This document shows, one piece after another, positions 24,478 to 36,053 of a stretch of DNA of 64,000 bases (the first letter of the stretch is position 1; the number at the start of each line of letters is the position of its first letter). Position numbers and translations under genes: made by a program. Origin of the DNA: Squalus acanthias. Lineage: Eukaryota. The DNA is taken from the NCBI GenBank assembly GCA_030390025.1, contig CM059438.1, forward strand, positions 18,538,001 through 18,602,000, read 5' to 3'. The notes below the pieces were generated by a model. That model saw only the letters and a list, made by a program, of their open reading frames with translations. It had not been told where the DNA came from and made no database searches.

Positions 24478-25136
24478 GTAAGGTTCTTTGCTAAAGCTGC
24501 TTCTGCCATCGCAAAAGCTTGACGTAAGGTCTGATTTAGTCAATTCATAGCTCTAGTGCTGCCATGCATGTGAGGTGTCCTCTCTGATTGGAAACAAATC
24601 CAAAATGTTCTTTGTTCATGATCCCTAATTATACACCATCCTGTAAAAGCTCCTTGAAAGTTACAATACACTTGTGACATTTTTATCCAAAACCAGACAT
24701 CAATCAGTTTTTCACCTGATGTTCACTGGACATGTCATTATTTTTCAGTGAGCCTAAATTAGCAATTGCTTAATATTAAAACAGCTGTTCTAATTACAAT
24801 TAAAACATTCTTTATCCCTTCTGCAAGATACTTTTTAAAAAACAAAACTTCCTTCTGTTTGGTCAGCCATGCCTAGCATCATCAGGCAGTGGTCGGGCAA
24901 CCTGTACCTAGCCAATAGGCGATGGACTCGAGTAGCTTAAGGTGATACATCTGGAGGTTCGGCCTCCTTTTTGCCAGTGTTCTCTCCTGCCAGTTCCTAT
25001 TGCCCATTCTTCATATGTGAGCCTTTGAAAGGTGCTTTGATTATGGGGTAAGGGGCATCAAAGCTAAGCCTGTCTTCACTCAAAATCATCTTGTGCACTT
25101 CACTACAGGGGCTTTGGTTAGCAATTAAGAGTAGAA

Positions 25137-25309
25137 TTTTTTTTTTTTTACTGAACCCTCCCTCCCCCCTCCCCCGCCCCCCCCCCCCCCCCCCCGGCTG
25201 TTCACACACGCACGCACACACGGAGACACCCACACACACGTGCACACATTGACACACCGACAAGTACCTGAGGATGGGAGGCAAAAGGTGTAAAAAAAAA
25301 AAAAAAAAA
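25137..25309. repeat. Low-complexity cluster (T run, C runs, (CA)n-like, A run)
   Basis: Directly visible homopolymer and dinucleotide tracts. Confidence 0.85.
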
Positions 25310-25349
25310 GTTTCTTGACTGAGATGGCAGCCTGTTCTAAGAGCTTTGC

Positions 25350-25680
25350 TGCTTCCCCTGATGGCTCAGCATGTTTATCCAGTAAGTCGCAGAGTCGTAT
25401 AGATCAGTAAGATCTCTGGTTCGATTTCCCCCAGTCTGTGCTGTCAGATGATCTCAACTAGGGCAATGGTTGGACTACTACAACTAGCCCGCCTGTTCTT
25501 ATGTTAGGATGGTGAAGAGCGGCCATGATTTCTGTCCCTAATGGGGTGTATTTGGAAATTTAGTTCGGACATTAGACTCGCACGAGTGTCTGTCATACTC
25601 ACTGTCACGACGTGTATATGAATTATGGACACTTGGACGAGGCACTCGTCGGCTGTGGAACCACTACCTGAACAAGGAAT
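25350..25680 (+). mobile_element. Ancient tRNA-derived SINE (family also at 40255-40500 -, 51395-51720 -, 59040-59260 +)
   Basis: A-box-like tggctcag, B-box-like ggttcgattt, and a body shared between copies (ctgtgctg..gatctca..; cactcactg; gtggaacc). Confidence 0.65.
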
Positions 25681-25771
25681 CAATGCCTTAATTAAACGAG
25701 GAGAAAAAAGTATCTAATATTGCAAGATCTTCGAGCAAGCAATACTGACAGTCTTTTTAATTGGTTTACAG

Positions 25772-25859
25772 ACACCCTTCAGTGCATTGCAGAGATGCTT
25801 CAACTTACAAAGCAGGGCCTCGGAATAGATGTGTCAATTGTGGAGAAGAAATTAGAGAG
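25772..25859 (+). CDS. INPP5F: INPP5F coding exon (approx. exon 19)
   Basis: TACAG acceptor, GTGAGT donor. TLQCIAEMLQLTKQGLGIDVSIVEKKLE. Confidence 0.96.
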
Positions 25860-25888
25860 GTGAGTTGGAATTGGGAGAGCTTTTATTA

Positions 25889-26398
25889 CAGGAAACTCTT
25901 TATTAACCGGCATCCAAATATCCGGAAATCTCTCTTAACCGGCAAAATTCTTGAGTAGGTAACCGGGGTTTTCCTTCATCTCTCGTTTAAAATTAACTTT
26001 AAAAAACACCCCGAGGCGTTTGCCTTGTATCGGAGCGTGTAGATTGGGAGGGGAATGTGCAGCCCGGGTTGGCAGCGGACACGACAGATGAAATTCTTGA
26101 GTAGGTAACCGGGGTTTTCCTTCATCTCTCGTTTAAAATTAACTTTAAAAAACACCCCGAGGCGTTTGCCTTGTATCGGAGCGTGTAGATTGGGAGGGGA
26201 ATGTGCAGCCCGGGTTGGCAGCGGACACGACAGATGGTCAGCTGGCGGTCCCCGGGGAGACGGAGCTCCGAATGCAGGCGCATGTCAATGTGTACGGGGC
26301 TCTCGTACGTTGGGAGATATAACTCTCCGTTATCCGGACTTTTTGATTAACCGGCACCACGCCGGTCCCGTCGGTGCCGGTTAATAAAGAGTTTCCTG
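25889..26398. mobile_element. Tc1/mariner (pogo/Tigger-like) MITE
   Basis: Perfect 24-bp terminal inverted repeat CAGGAAACTCTTTATTAACCGGCA, TA TSD on both sides, subterminal TTAACCGGCA and TATCCGGA repeats. Confidence 0.95.
25945..26236 (+). repeat. Perfect 146-bp tandem duplication inside the MITE
   Basis: 25945..26090 is identical to 26091..26236. Confidence 0.95.
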
Positions 26399-26795
26399 TA
26401 CCTTGTTTATATTGCCTGTGTGAATGGGCAGAAAGTAGAAACAGAGCAGGAAAATGGACTCATTCGAAACGCCTCCATGTTCTCAACCCTGTATTGCTAT
26501 ACTGGTTTCTAATTCTGCTTTCATAATTGGCACCCATGAAAAATTATCTTTTTTTAATGAAAGGAAGTTTGTGGACTTGGAAAGCGAAAGAATTGTTTCA
26601 GTCTTGGAAATCTATCATACAAAATAAAGCGTATTTGGCTCATCGTGCCTGTACCAGTGCTAGCTCTTCAACTGAAGCTGTACTCTAATCCCATTTCCCT
26701 GTATCCTTTTATATTCTTCCTCTTAATACTTAACCAATTCTCTTTTAAACAGTGTTCTTGTCATCGTCTCAATAGCCACTTGTGGTAAAAATATT

Positions 26796-27570
26796 GGGCC
26801 GGAATTTGCGGCGGGTAGTAACAGCGAATGAACGAAGTTCGCTGTTATTACCTCTTTGAAACTGACTGGAACTTCAGGATGTAGTGCATGCGCATCCTAC
26901 CATGGAAATCCTGAAGCTGCGGTCAGTCATTCACTGCTCCGACACAGGCTGCACTGTGGCTCTTTCCCCCGGCCGCCCCCCCCCCCCCCCCCAAAAAGCC
27001 GGTAATCAGGGAAACTGACGCAAATTTCAGCTATTCCGCGGTAATTTCGCAGTTAAATACCCCATTAAAAGTTAGACCCTTTTGGTTTAGATGTAGCTGG
27101 GGTTTTAACAGCATATTGACTGCTAAACAAAAGTTATGGCCCTGAAAAACTCATTTTAATTTCATGCAGTGTCAAAATTATCCATTTTAATAAAAATTTA
27201 AATATTTAAGAAACTTAAAAAAAATATATTTTAAAGTTTATTCATCTATATTTCAGGTTTACTTTTTCCCCATATGAGCGCCCCAATCTTTGTTTTGCTC
27301 TAACATTTTTACAATGTTAGAATCAAAGGAGCTTATTCACTTCCTGGTTCTCGGGTCTGGGAGAATTCTGCATTGTGATTGGCTGCTTAGGCAGCTTGTT
27401 CACGTCACAGCAGCTCGCACTAGGGATTCCCCATTCACTTGCACTGATTTCAACTGAACGTCGGAAAAGCTGAACTTCTCACCACAGAGATCGCGAGGTC
27501 TTTGTGCGAAGCTTGCTTCGGGGCCAGTGGCGAACGCCTTTGCTTCACCGCTGACCGCAAATTCCGGGCC
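26796..27570. mobile_element. Non-autonomous DNA transposon, probably PIF/Harbinger
   Basis: Terminal repeats GGGCCGGAATTTGCGG / CCGCAAATTCCGGGCC, with 3-bp flanks ATT and GTT. Confidence 0.8.
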
Positions 27571-28020
27571 GTTATATGTTCAATAATCCTCTGTAGTGAG
27601 GAAAATGTTATTGTGATTTTCCAATCTATGGAAGCACTCTTTTGCTATTTACCCACTCAAAACTTCTCAATTTTGAAACTTTTTTTATACCCCCTCAACC
27701 TTCTCTGTTCCAATGTAAAGGGTTATTACGATAATTTCTGCTATCATTATAGTGAATATTTGCTGTTCCTTTTCTGTGGCACAATATATTTCCTATGGTG
27801 GGGTGGTGCCCTGAACTATATGCAATGCTGCAAATGTGGCCCACATCACTTCCTTGCTTTATGTATAAAGCTCAATCTCATTTTGCTTTTTATGAATTAT
27901 TTTTTTTAACTTGCATTCTCACCTTTTGAAAGATCTATGTATTTGCACCTTCAGATGTGCCTGTTCCACCACTCTGAGCATCCGACCATGTCGGGTACAC
28001 TTCCTTTCACTGTTCTTCTT

Positions 28021-28969
28021 CCTCAACTATTTATAATCTACATTAATGACTTGGATGAAGGGACCGAGTGTAATGTAGCCAAGTTTGCGGATGATACAAA
28101 GATGGGTGGGAAAGCAAATTGTGCAGAGGACTCAAAGAATCTGCAAAGGGATATAGACAGGCTAAGTGAGTGGGTAAACATTTGGCAGATGGAGTATAAT
28201 GTGGGAAAGTGCGAGGTTATCCACTTTGGCAGGAAAAATAATAAAGCAAATTATTATTTAAATGGTGAGAGATTACAAAATGCTACAGTTCAGAGGGACC
28301 TGGGGGTCCTTGTGCAGCAAGTAATCAAAAAGGCAAATGGAATGTTGGCCTTTATTGCAAGGGGGTTGGAGTATAAAAGCAGGGAAGTGCTGCTACAACT
28401 CTACAGGGTATTGGTGAGACCACACCTTGAGTACTGCGTACAGTTTTGGTCTCCTTATTTAAGGAAGGATATACTTGCATTGGAGGCAGTTCAGAGACGA
28501 TTCACTCGGTTGATTCCTGAGATAAGGCGGTTGACATATGAAGAAAGGTTGATCAGGTTGGGCCTATACTCATTGGAATTTAGAAGAATGAGAGGTGATC
28601 TTATTGAAACATATAAGATACTGAGGGGGCTCGACAAGGTAGATGCAGAGAGGATGTTTCCCCTCGTGGGGAAATCTAGAACTCGGGGGCATAGTTTCCG
28701 AATAAAGGGTCGCCCTTTTAGAACGGAGATGAGGAATTTCTCCTCTGAGGGTCGTAAATCTGGAATTCTCTGCCCCAGAGAGCCGTGGAGGCTGGGTCAT
28801 TAAATACATTTAAGGCGGAGATAGACAGATTTTTACAAGATAAGGGAGTGAAGGGTTATGGGGAGCGGGTGGGGAAGTGGCTTTGAGCCCAAGATCAGCC
28901 ATGATCTTATTGAATGGCGGAGCAGGCTCGAGGGGCCAAGTGGCCTATTCCAGCTCCTATTTCTTATGT
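28021..28969 (+). mobile_element. CR1 LINE 3' fragment (RT C-terminal half)
   Basis: PQLFIIYINDLDEG..KFADDTKMGG..RPHLEYCVQFWSP, followed by the CR1 3' UTR. Confidence 0.96.
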
Positions 28970-29349
28970 AAAACATGACACTTTACAGTTCTCGCCACTG
29001 AACTCTCATCACCCCATTCCGCTAACCTGTCTCTAGTCTCCTACATTCCTCCTCACAGGTTGACATGCTTTCTAATTTGGTATCCCCAGAAAATTTCAAT
29101 ATTATTCCTCTTATCCAAATTATTTACAGAAATGGTGAAGAAAATTGGTTCCATCACACTCACAAATCTGAAAAAACATCCATTTTACCCCTACTTTTTG
29201 CTCTCTGGCCATCTCTCTCCATATGTCTGCATTCTCTTTAATGCCACATGCCTTAATTTTCATAAGTCTCTTACACTTTTTTGAAAATTCAAATTTCCAA
29301 CATCCACCATATTCTCTTTATCTACAGTCTTTTCATGAAGGCTGTTGGG

Positions 29350-30296
29350 TTGATATAACCTGATGCCCACATAGGTACCGCATGCAATGCCATGCATTGG
29401 AGGGAACTCTGCTGCCTGGTGAAAGCTGTGTGTTCTGTCCAGCTGTTGTCTCCTTTTCACAGGAAAGGTGATGGAAGGCGACGTCCCTTGTAACCACAAC
29501 GGTTGATGTTTGTTTGATGCGTGCGCGTACTGCAGACTTCCCAATGTGACAGATGTCTCCTGGAGTGGGGTCTAAAGATTCAGTCGTGTGAAAGCTCCAT
29601 GGTGTAGTGTTCTTCACTTCTACAGAGTGAGCACTCCTGATCCAGATGTTGCCTGCAGGTCATGGTACAACAGGTGGCACAACTCTGGCACTTGTCCCCG
29701 TTAAGCAGAGGTGACATAGACGGGTGTCCTCTGACGCGGCCAGTATTGCGCGGAGGTTGTATAAACGCAAGTCACAGACTGGCTGCTGACTTGTGTGGCC
29801 AAAGCACCAATTATACCGTGCGTTTACAAATCCAAGGGAGTACCTACTTCACCTCCTCAGCAGCAGCCCAGAATTGAGATAGGTGGGAGAAACGCCCTCC
29901 TCCCCCAGTGCAAATATGGAATGCCCGGCAAAACCAACGAATGTTGGAGCGAAATGCTGCAAAAGGTACAAAACAAAAAAAGAAACTTCTTCAAAAGCCT
30001 ACTTGCTCCCTTTTTAAGGAAGCTGCTTCAGCAGGCAGGGTCCCAGGGCAACCCTGTATTCTGTTTTTATGGGTAAGGCTCGCACTGTGGGCAGGGCCTC
30101 ATCCAATTGGATTTAAATATTAAAATGAGGCTGTGCAGGCCAGTAGCCTGGCCTCATTATTTGCACTCAGTTGCCTGTTGGATAATGAAGTGGTCTGCGA
30201 ATTGTTTGAGCGGGGTTGATTGTCTGTCTGTCTGACCTGCGCTTGCTGCTTCCGAGGTTCCGTGACTTCAACAGGGCCTTGCAAAATCTCGACTCC
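29350..30296 (-). mobile_element. Decayed PIF/Harbinger element (5' part plus transposase N-terminus)
   Basis: Minus-strand remnants VPELCHLLYHDLQ, FHTTESLDPTPGDICHIGKSAV and FHQAAEFPPMHGIACGTYVGIR (compare AGFP.VQGAIDCTHVAI). Terminus-like GGAGTCGAGATTTT at 30296. Confidence 0.7.
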
Positions 30297-30539
30297 GATC
30301 TTTATTCACAACTGAGTTAAGAATACTTGGCTCATTTTCTGGCTGGCAACGAGGGCTCTGAGGTAGCACCGTCCTCTCTCAGAACGTCATGGGTTCAAGC
30401 CCCACTTCAGGATTTGAGCACGCAATCTAGGCTGATGCTTCAGTGCAGTACGGAGGGAATTTTGATGAATTGACCAGAGGATGTTTAAAAGTAGCTAATG
30501 CTTGTTTTAAAGGTAAAAACCATTCCCTGCAATAACTTG

Positions 30540-32645
30540 TGGTTATCTTCAATGGACCAAACCTTTTGTTCCAAGTACACGATATGCAATTTAAATAATG
30601 GCACCCAGGTTCTAAAAATGCCTCAAGTTTAAAATTCTCATCTTTGTTTACAAATCCCTCCATGGTATCAGCGCTCCTCCAATTCTGGCCTCTTGCACAT
30701 CCCCGATTTTAATCGCTCCACCATTGGTGGCCGTGCTTTCAGCTGCCTGGGCCCTAAGCTCTGGAATTCCCTCCCTAAACCTCTCTGCCTCTCAACCTCT
30801 CTTTAAGACACTCCTTTAAAACCTACCTCAGACTAAGCTTTTGGTCATTTCTCCTAATATCTCCTTGTGTGGCTTGGAGTCAAATTTGTTTGCTAACGCT
30901 CCTGTGAAGCACCTTGGGACGTTTCACTCCTTCTTCTTCTTCTTCTTCTTCTCCTCTTCTTAGGCAGTCCCTCGGAGCCGAGGATGACTTGCTTCCACAT
31001 TAAAAATGAGTTCTCAGGTGACTGATGAGTCCAATGCGGGACCTACAGTCTCTGTCACAGGTGGGGCAGACGGTGGTTGAAGGGGAAGGTGGGTGGGGTG
31101 CTTGGGTTGACGTGCGCTCCTTCCGCTGTTTACGCTTGGCTTCCGCTTGCTGCCAGCGAAGAGACTCGAGGTATTCGGCGCCTTCCCGGATGCTTCTCCT
31201 CCATTTTGAGCAGTCTTGGGCCAGGGATTCCTAAGTGTCGGTGGGGATGTTGCACTTTTTCAAAGAGGCTTTGAGCGTTTCCTCTGCCCACCTGGGGCTC
31301 TCTTGCCGTGTCGGAGCTCCGAGTAGAGCGCTTGTTTTGGGAGTCTCGTATCGGGCATGCGGACGATGTGACCCGTCCATCGGAGCTGATCGAGTGTGGT
31401 CAAAGCTTCGATGCTGGGGATGTTGGCCTGAGCGAGAACACTGACGTTGGTGCGCCTATCCTGCCAGTGGATTTGCAGGATCTTGCGGAGGCAGCGTTGG
31501 CGGTACCTCTCCCGTGCTTTGAGGTGCCTGCTATACATGGTCCATGTCTCTGAGGCATACAGCAGGGCGGGTATCACTGCTGCTCTGTAGACCATGAGCT
31601 TAGTGCTGGGTTTGAGGTCCTGGTCTTCAAACACACTCTTCCTCCGGCGACCGAAGGCTGCACTGGCACACTGAAGGCGGTGTTGGACTTCGTCATCGAC
31701 GCCTGCCCTTGTTGACAGTAGGCTCCCGAGGTATGGAAAGTGGTCCACGTTGTCCAAGTCCTTGTTGTGGATTTTGATAATCGGAGGGCAGTACTGTGTG
31801 GCGGGGGCAGGTTGGTAGAGGACCATAGTCTTACGGATGTTTAGTGTAAGGCCCATGCTCTCGTATGCTTCAGTGAAGGTGTTGACGATGGTTTGGAGTT
31901 CGACCACCAAGTGTGCGCAAATGCAAGCGTCGTCTGCATACTGTAATTCAACGACAGAGGATGGGACGACCTTGGATCTGGACTGGAGGCGACGGAGGTT
32001 GAACAGTTTCCCGTTTGTTCTGTAAATTAGCTCCACTCCAGCAGGGAGCTTACTGAGGGTGAGATGGAGCATTGTAGCAAGGAAGATCGAGAAGAGCGTT
32101 GGTGCGATGACACAGCCTTGCTTGACCCCGGTCCGTACGTGAATTGGGTCTGTGGTGGATCCGTTGGTCAGGATCACGGCTTACATGTCATCGTGAAGCA
32201 GACGGAGGATGGTGACAAACTTTTGAGGGCAGCCGAATTTGAGGAGGACACTCCATAATCCCTCACGGCTGACAGTGTCGAAGGTCTTTGTGAGGTCAAA
32301 GAAGGCCATGTACAGCGGTTGGTGCTGTTCCCTGCATTTCTCTTGTAGTTGACGTGTGGTGAAGATCATGTCCATTGCGCCCCTTAGTGGGCAGAATCCG
32401 CATTGCGACTCTGGTAGGAGCGCTTCGGCCACTGGGAGAAGGCGATTGAGGAGGATTCTTGCGATGACTTTCCCTGTGGCAGACAGCAGGGAGACTCCTC
32501 TGTAATTACCGCAATCAGACTTGTCACCTTTCTTGAAGATGGTCACAATTACGGCGTCATTGAGATCCCCTGGCATGCTCTCCTCCTTCCATATATTTCA
32601 CTATATTAAGGCCGCTATATAAATGCAGGTGGTTGTTTTTGTTGC
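30540..32645 (+). mobile_element. L2 LINE 3' end split by an RTE insertion
   Basis: FKILIFVYKSLHG remnant. The tail ...gggacgtttcact|atattaaggccgctatataaatgc is contiguous across the RTE. Confidence 0.75.
30929..32595 (-). mobile_element. 5'-truncated RTE-clade LINE
   Basis: ORFs 32181..32576 and 31260..32177 (GVKQGCVIAPTLF, YADD). C-terminal CPTCDRDCRSRIGLISHLRTH, (GAA)n tail, TSD TTTCACT. Confidence 0.95.
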
Positions 32646-35600
32646 TGCTTTCTCCATGATTTTCAGGCCCACATTTTGACTTCTTTATATAACTGCTTTC
32701 ACACCAGAGAGGATTTTTGTGAGCTGAAGTATTGGTGTAAATATTTTAATTATACAATTAATGGTTTTGAAACAAATAATGACTTGATGTGTACAGTGGG
32801 ACTGAGGAAGATGCAGAATGGCAGTTGCTGTCTGCTACTTGTCATGTAATGCTGTTGCTTCTGCTCTTCAGCTTGTAATTTTTGTCTAGTATCCAGGAGA
32901 GAGTTGAGATGTGTGTAATATCTCTGCTGAAGCATTTTCTCTCCTTCTGTTGGAGTCTTTAAATAGAAAACCTTCCAAGTCTGCTTCCTCAGCAGACACT
33001 TACAGACCAAAAGGTTGTCGATTCTCTCCTGGATTTTGTCCATATTTATGGTAATCTGCAAGATAAATATGGACACACAAAGCCATTTGACCTTTTCTTT
33101 TACTGCATCTATCTGGAAGGACCCTGCTGTTCTCTTCTTCCCCCCCCCCCCCCCCCCCCCCACCCCCAATGTGGCATCCAACTGTTCATTAATCCTGGAG
33201 TTTTCACCTTGACAGCTTTACTTGAAAGTTTATTCCATGTATTGATCATTGTGTCTGAAGAGCTTCCTTGCAGCAGTCCTTAATTTGGACCTGTACTCCC
33301 TTGTCCTGCTCTCTCGATTTAATTTGAAATCATTTTCTGGATCTACCTTTTGTACACCCCCGAGAGGGATGCCACTGCAAATGTTGCATCTATAGTTGCA
33401 CCCAGTAATAGGCAAAAGTAATGACGGTGGGGAGCTATAGCTACCTGGTGAAACATTTTTGAGAAAACACTGAGGTGTAAAAGCAACGTCGAAATATGGT
33501 TTCAGCTTTATTAGAAATTATTTAGATTTTGTTTCCATTTATGGGTTCTCTTTTTAAACTGTTTCTTAGCTTAAATAGTTTATTTTAAGAAATAGCTCAT
33601 ATGCTAGCCTGCTGAGCGAATGGCTTCTAAGTTCTCCATGAAGTACACACAAATAGTAGCAGACAGACATGTAGGCCTGAAATTTCCTGGATCATACCTG
33701 CGCTAAAATTCCGCCAAAATTTACAGCCATTTTTACACCGATCTTGCCGACGTCAATTTATGCTGAAATTTCCTGAAAACCTTATTGGCATACGCCAGAA
33801 CGGCATAAAGCAAGCAGAATTCAGCATAAATAATCAGGAGCCCGAGGAAAGCGTGGAACATATACTTCGTCACTTTTTCCTTATTAATATGAATATTGAA
33901 GTTTGAAGCCATCAAACCATCATTTATTTACTCTTGAGCACACGCAAGTGACTGATAATGACTTGTTTTCTGGGGTGATGTGGGTGTGTAGTGAAAATCT
34001 TGCATGTAATCCAAAGACATTAAACTGGTGCATTGTTTGCCCAGGGATTAGTGACTTTCTTAATCTCGATAGTAAAATGTTAAAGATTTTTAACTTTTTT
34101 TTAGTTCAAATGTATTTAGAGAGGCTTTTTGCTCGGAAGGTGATTTTGATGATGACCGCAAACAGACGTTTATCCACCACATTTCTCGACCATTTTCTAA
34201 TCTGACAACAATGAAAAAAATCAGCTGTCGGAGTTTCACACTTGCCAAAAAGAAAAATTTGTGAAGTGTTTGTAGGAATGATGCAGCGATGTTATAAACA
34301 TACTGGACGGAACTGTGCAGCAGATGCTTTTCAGGTTCACTAAAATGGACTTTTGACGATGAAAGAAGTGTAGCATCTGGCAGCAATATTTTGTATATGA
34401 TGGTGGTTATTAATAGTAACTAGAGGAGTTTTAAAAGTCAAATTTCAGAAATGTATTTTTTTTTTTAGATTGAATGAACAAGAAGTTGCCATTGAGGCCC
34501 CTGAGCTTGCTCCTTCCAACACACAATAATGGACTTTAGGGTCTGGGAGCTGATAAAATAAACTTCTCACTGCCCACAAAGACAATGGAGCTGAAACTGT
34601 AGGATAACAATCTAACGTAATTATCTTACTCAACCCTGAATGGTTTAGTCCCAAAAGAATGGTAGCAATTATGTACCAGTGTGCCTGTGTTTTTTTTTAA
34701 ATCTCTCTCATGGCATTAACTACTTCTGGTGGTAATCGAGCTACTACTTTGGGAGCAGAGGAGGCTTCATTTTATAAACTGTAATCACACTCGGTTTATT
34801 AATTTTTTAGGTCTAGTTTTCTAGTTCTGCAACTACAGGTAATTGCTAATCTAGATAAGCTACTTTTATCTGTTTAAAATGCTTGCACCCTTTCCCCTAA
34901 TGATGTAAGCCTCACTCTAACAGTCTATCCTCATAATTGTTGTATTTGAGTTCCACACACTTTCTTGTTGCTCTTCTGAAATCTCTCCAAGATATTTGTT
35001 TTATTTTGAAGTAAGATGCACAGAATTGCACTTGTCAAAAGTAGTCTTTCTAATGATTTTTTATAAAGGGCTGTCTTTGTTGATGTTGCCTGGACACTTT
35101 CCATGAATACTCGTATTCAAATCCTTTGCCCCTTGGCCTCTGTCCCTCGGCCCATTGTCACCCATAATCACTGTACAATAGGGATAACTCTACAATTTTA
35201 CACATTAAATGTTATCCAAGATTTAGTGTCTTTTAAAACTGAGGTGTCCAGCTCATGAGCCAATTTCATTCAGCTCACCCTGCATCTTCACTCAAAAAAA
35301 AAGTTGTCTGCCTCACATCTGACTGATCCCTCACACTCCCAGCACAGAGCCACATGAGTGAGGTGAGGGCTGTTAAAGGAAAGTGTTCACCTCTGTGGGG
35401 GAAAACTCATCAGTAGGAACAGGTCCTCTACACATCAAGCCTATAGCAGGCAGACAAGTGGCTGTCTTTCCCAGTGGGAGTGTACCTGGTTGACAAGTGC
35501 TTCCTGCTTCCAACAGGGCTGCTTTTCCATCCAGTTGAAACCTTTTTAGGCCATTGTTTCTCGTCTTCCTCCGGAATCCATCAGTTATATGTTTTGACAG

Positions 35601-36053
35601 AAGGTAGGGAGTTGAGATCAATTTCCAATGTAGAAAGTGTTGTGGCAGTAGTGACATTTAGTGCTCTGCATTTGTCAATGTCTCCTTTTCAATGGTTGGG
35701 TTGATGCCAATCACTCTGTATTGTCAGTGAGAAATGTGTTTCTACATTGCTAATGCCTCAGAAAAACTTTTTTTTTTTTTAAACAATCTTGCTTGATTAA
35801 AATGTCATTGTTGAAGGGATCCAAGAAACACAAACTGGATTACAAGTTGGACATGGTGTTTCATTACAATTATCCCTAACTTGAAAGCAGTTGAATTATA
35901 TACAGTCCACTCAAGTGCTGTAAAAGCATTTAAGCCAACTTTTTGGTTTGCTGGGTTTCGCTTGGGTTAGAATAGTAAACATTTCATAATATTTCTGAAT
36001 AAAAACTTCTCAACCGTCGAAGTAAATGACTGAATTCTATGTTGTTTTTGCAG

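Larger units (their letters stand above)
26615..29340 (-). mobile_element. Old, highly diverged CR1 fossil hosting later insertions
   Basis: Decayed CR1 3' UTR near 26620. RT remnant VDKENMVDVGNLNFQKS (compare VDVVYLDFQKAF) near 29290. Sequence is continuous across two insertions. Confidence 0.6.

Noticed and set aside
27937-28803. 288-aa ORF with an ATG as a possible host gene
   Set aside because: A 5'-truncated CR1 RT fused by chance to flanking decayed sequence, and frameshifted at its 3' end.
31015-31060. CTGATGAGTCC-N5-GGGAC on +, resembling a textbook hammerhead stem II
   Set aside because: No GAAA follows. It is simply the antisense of the RTE zinc-finger coding sequence (CRSRIGLISHL).
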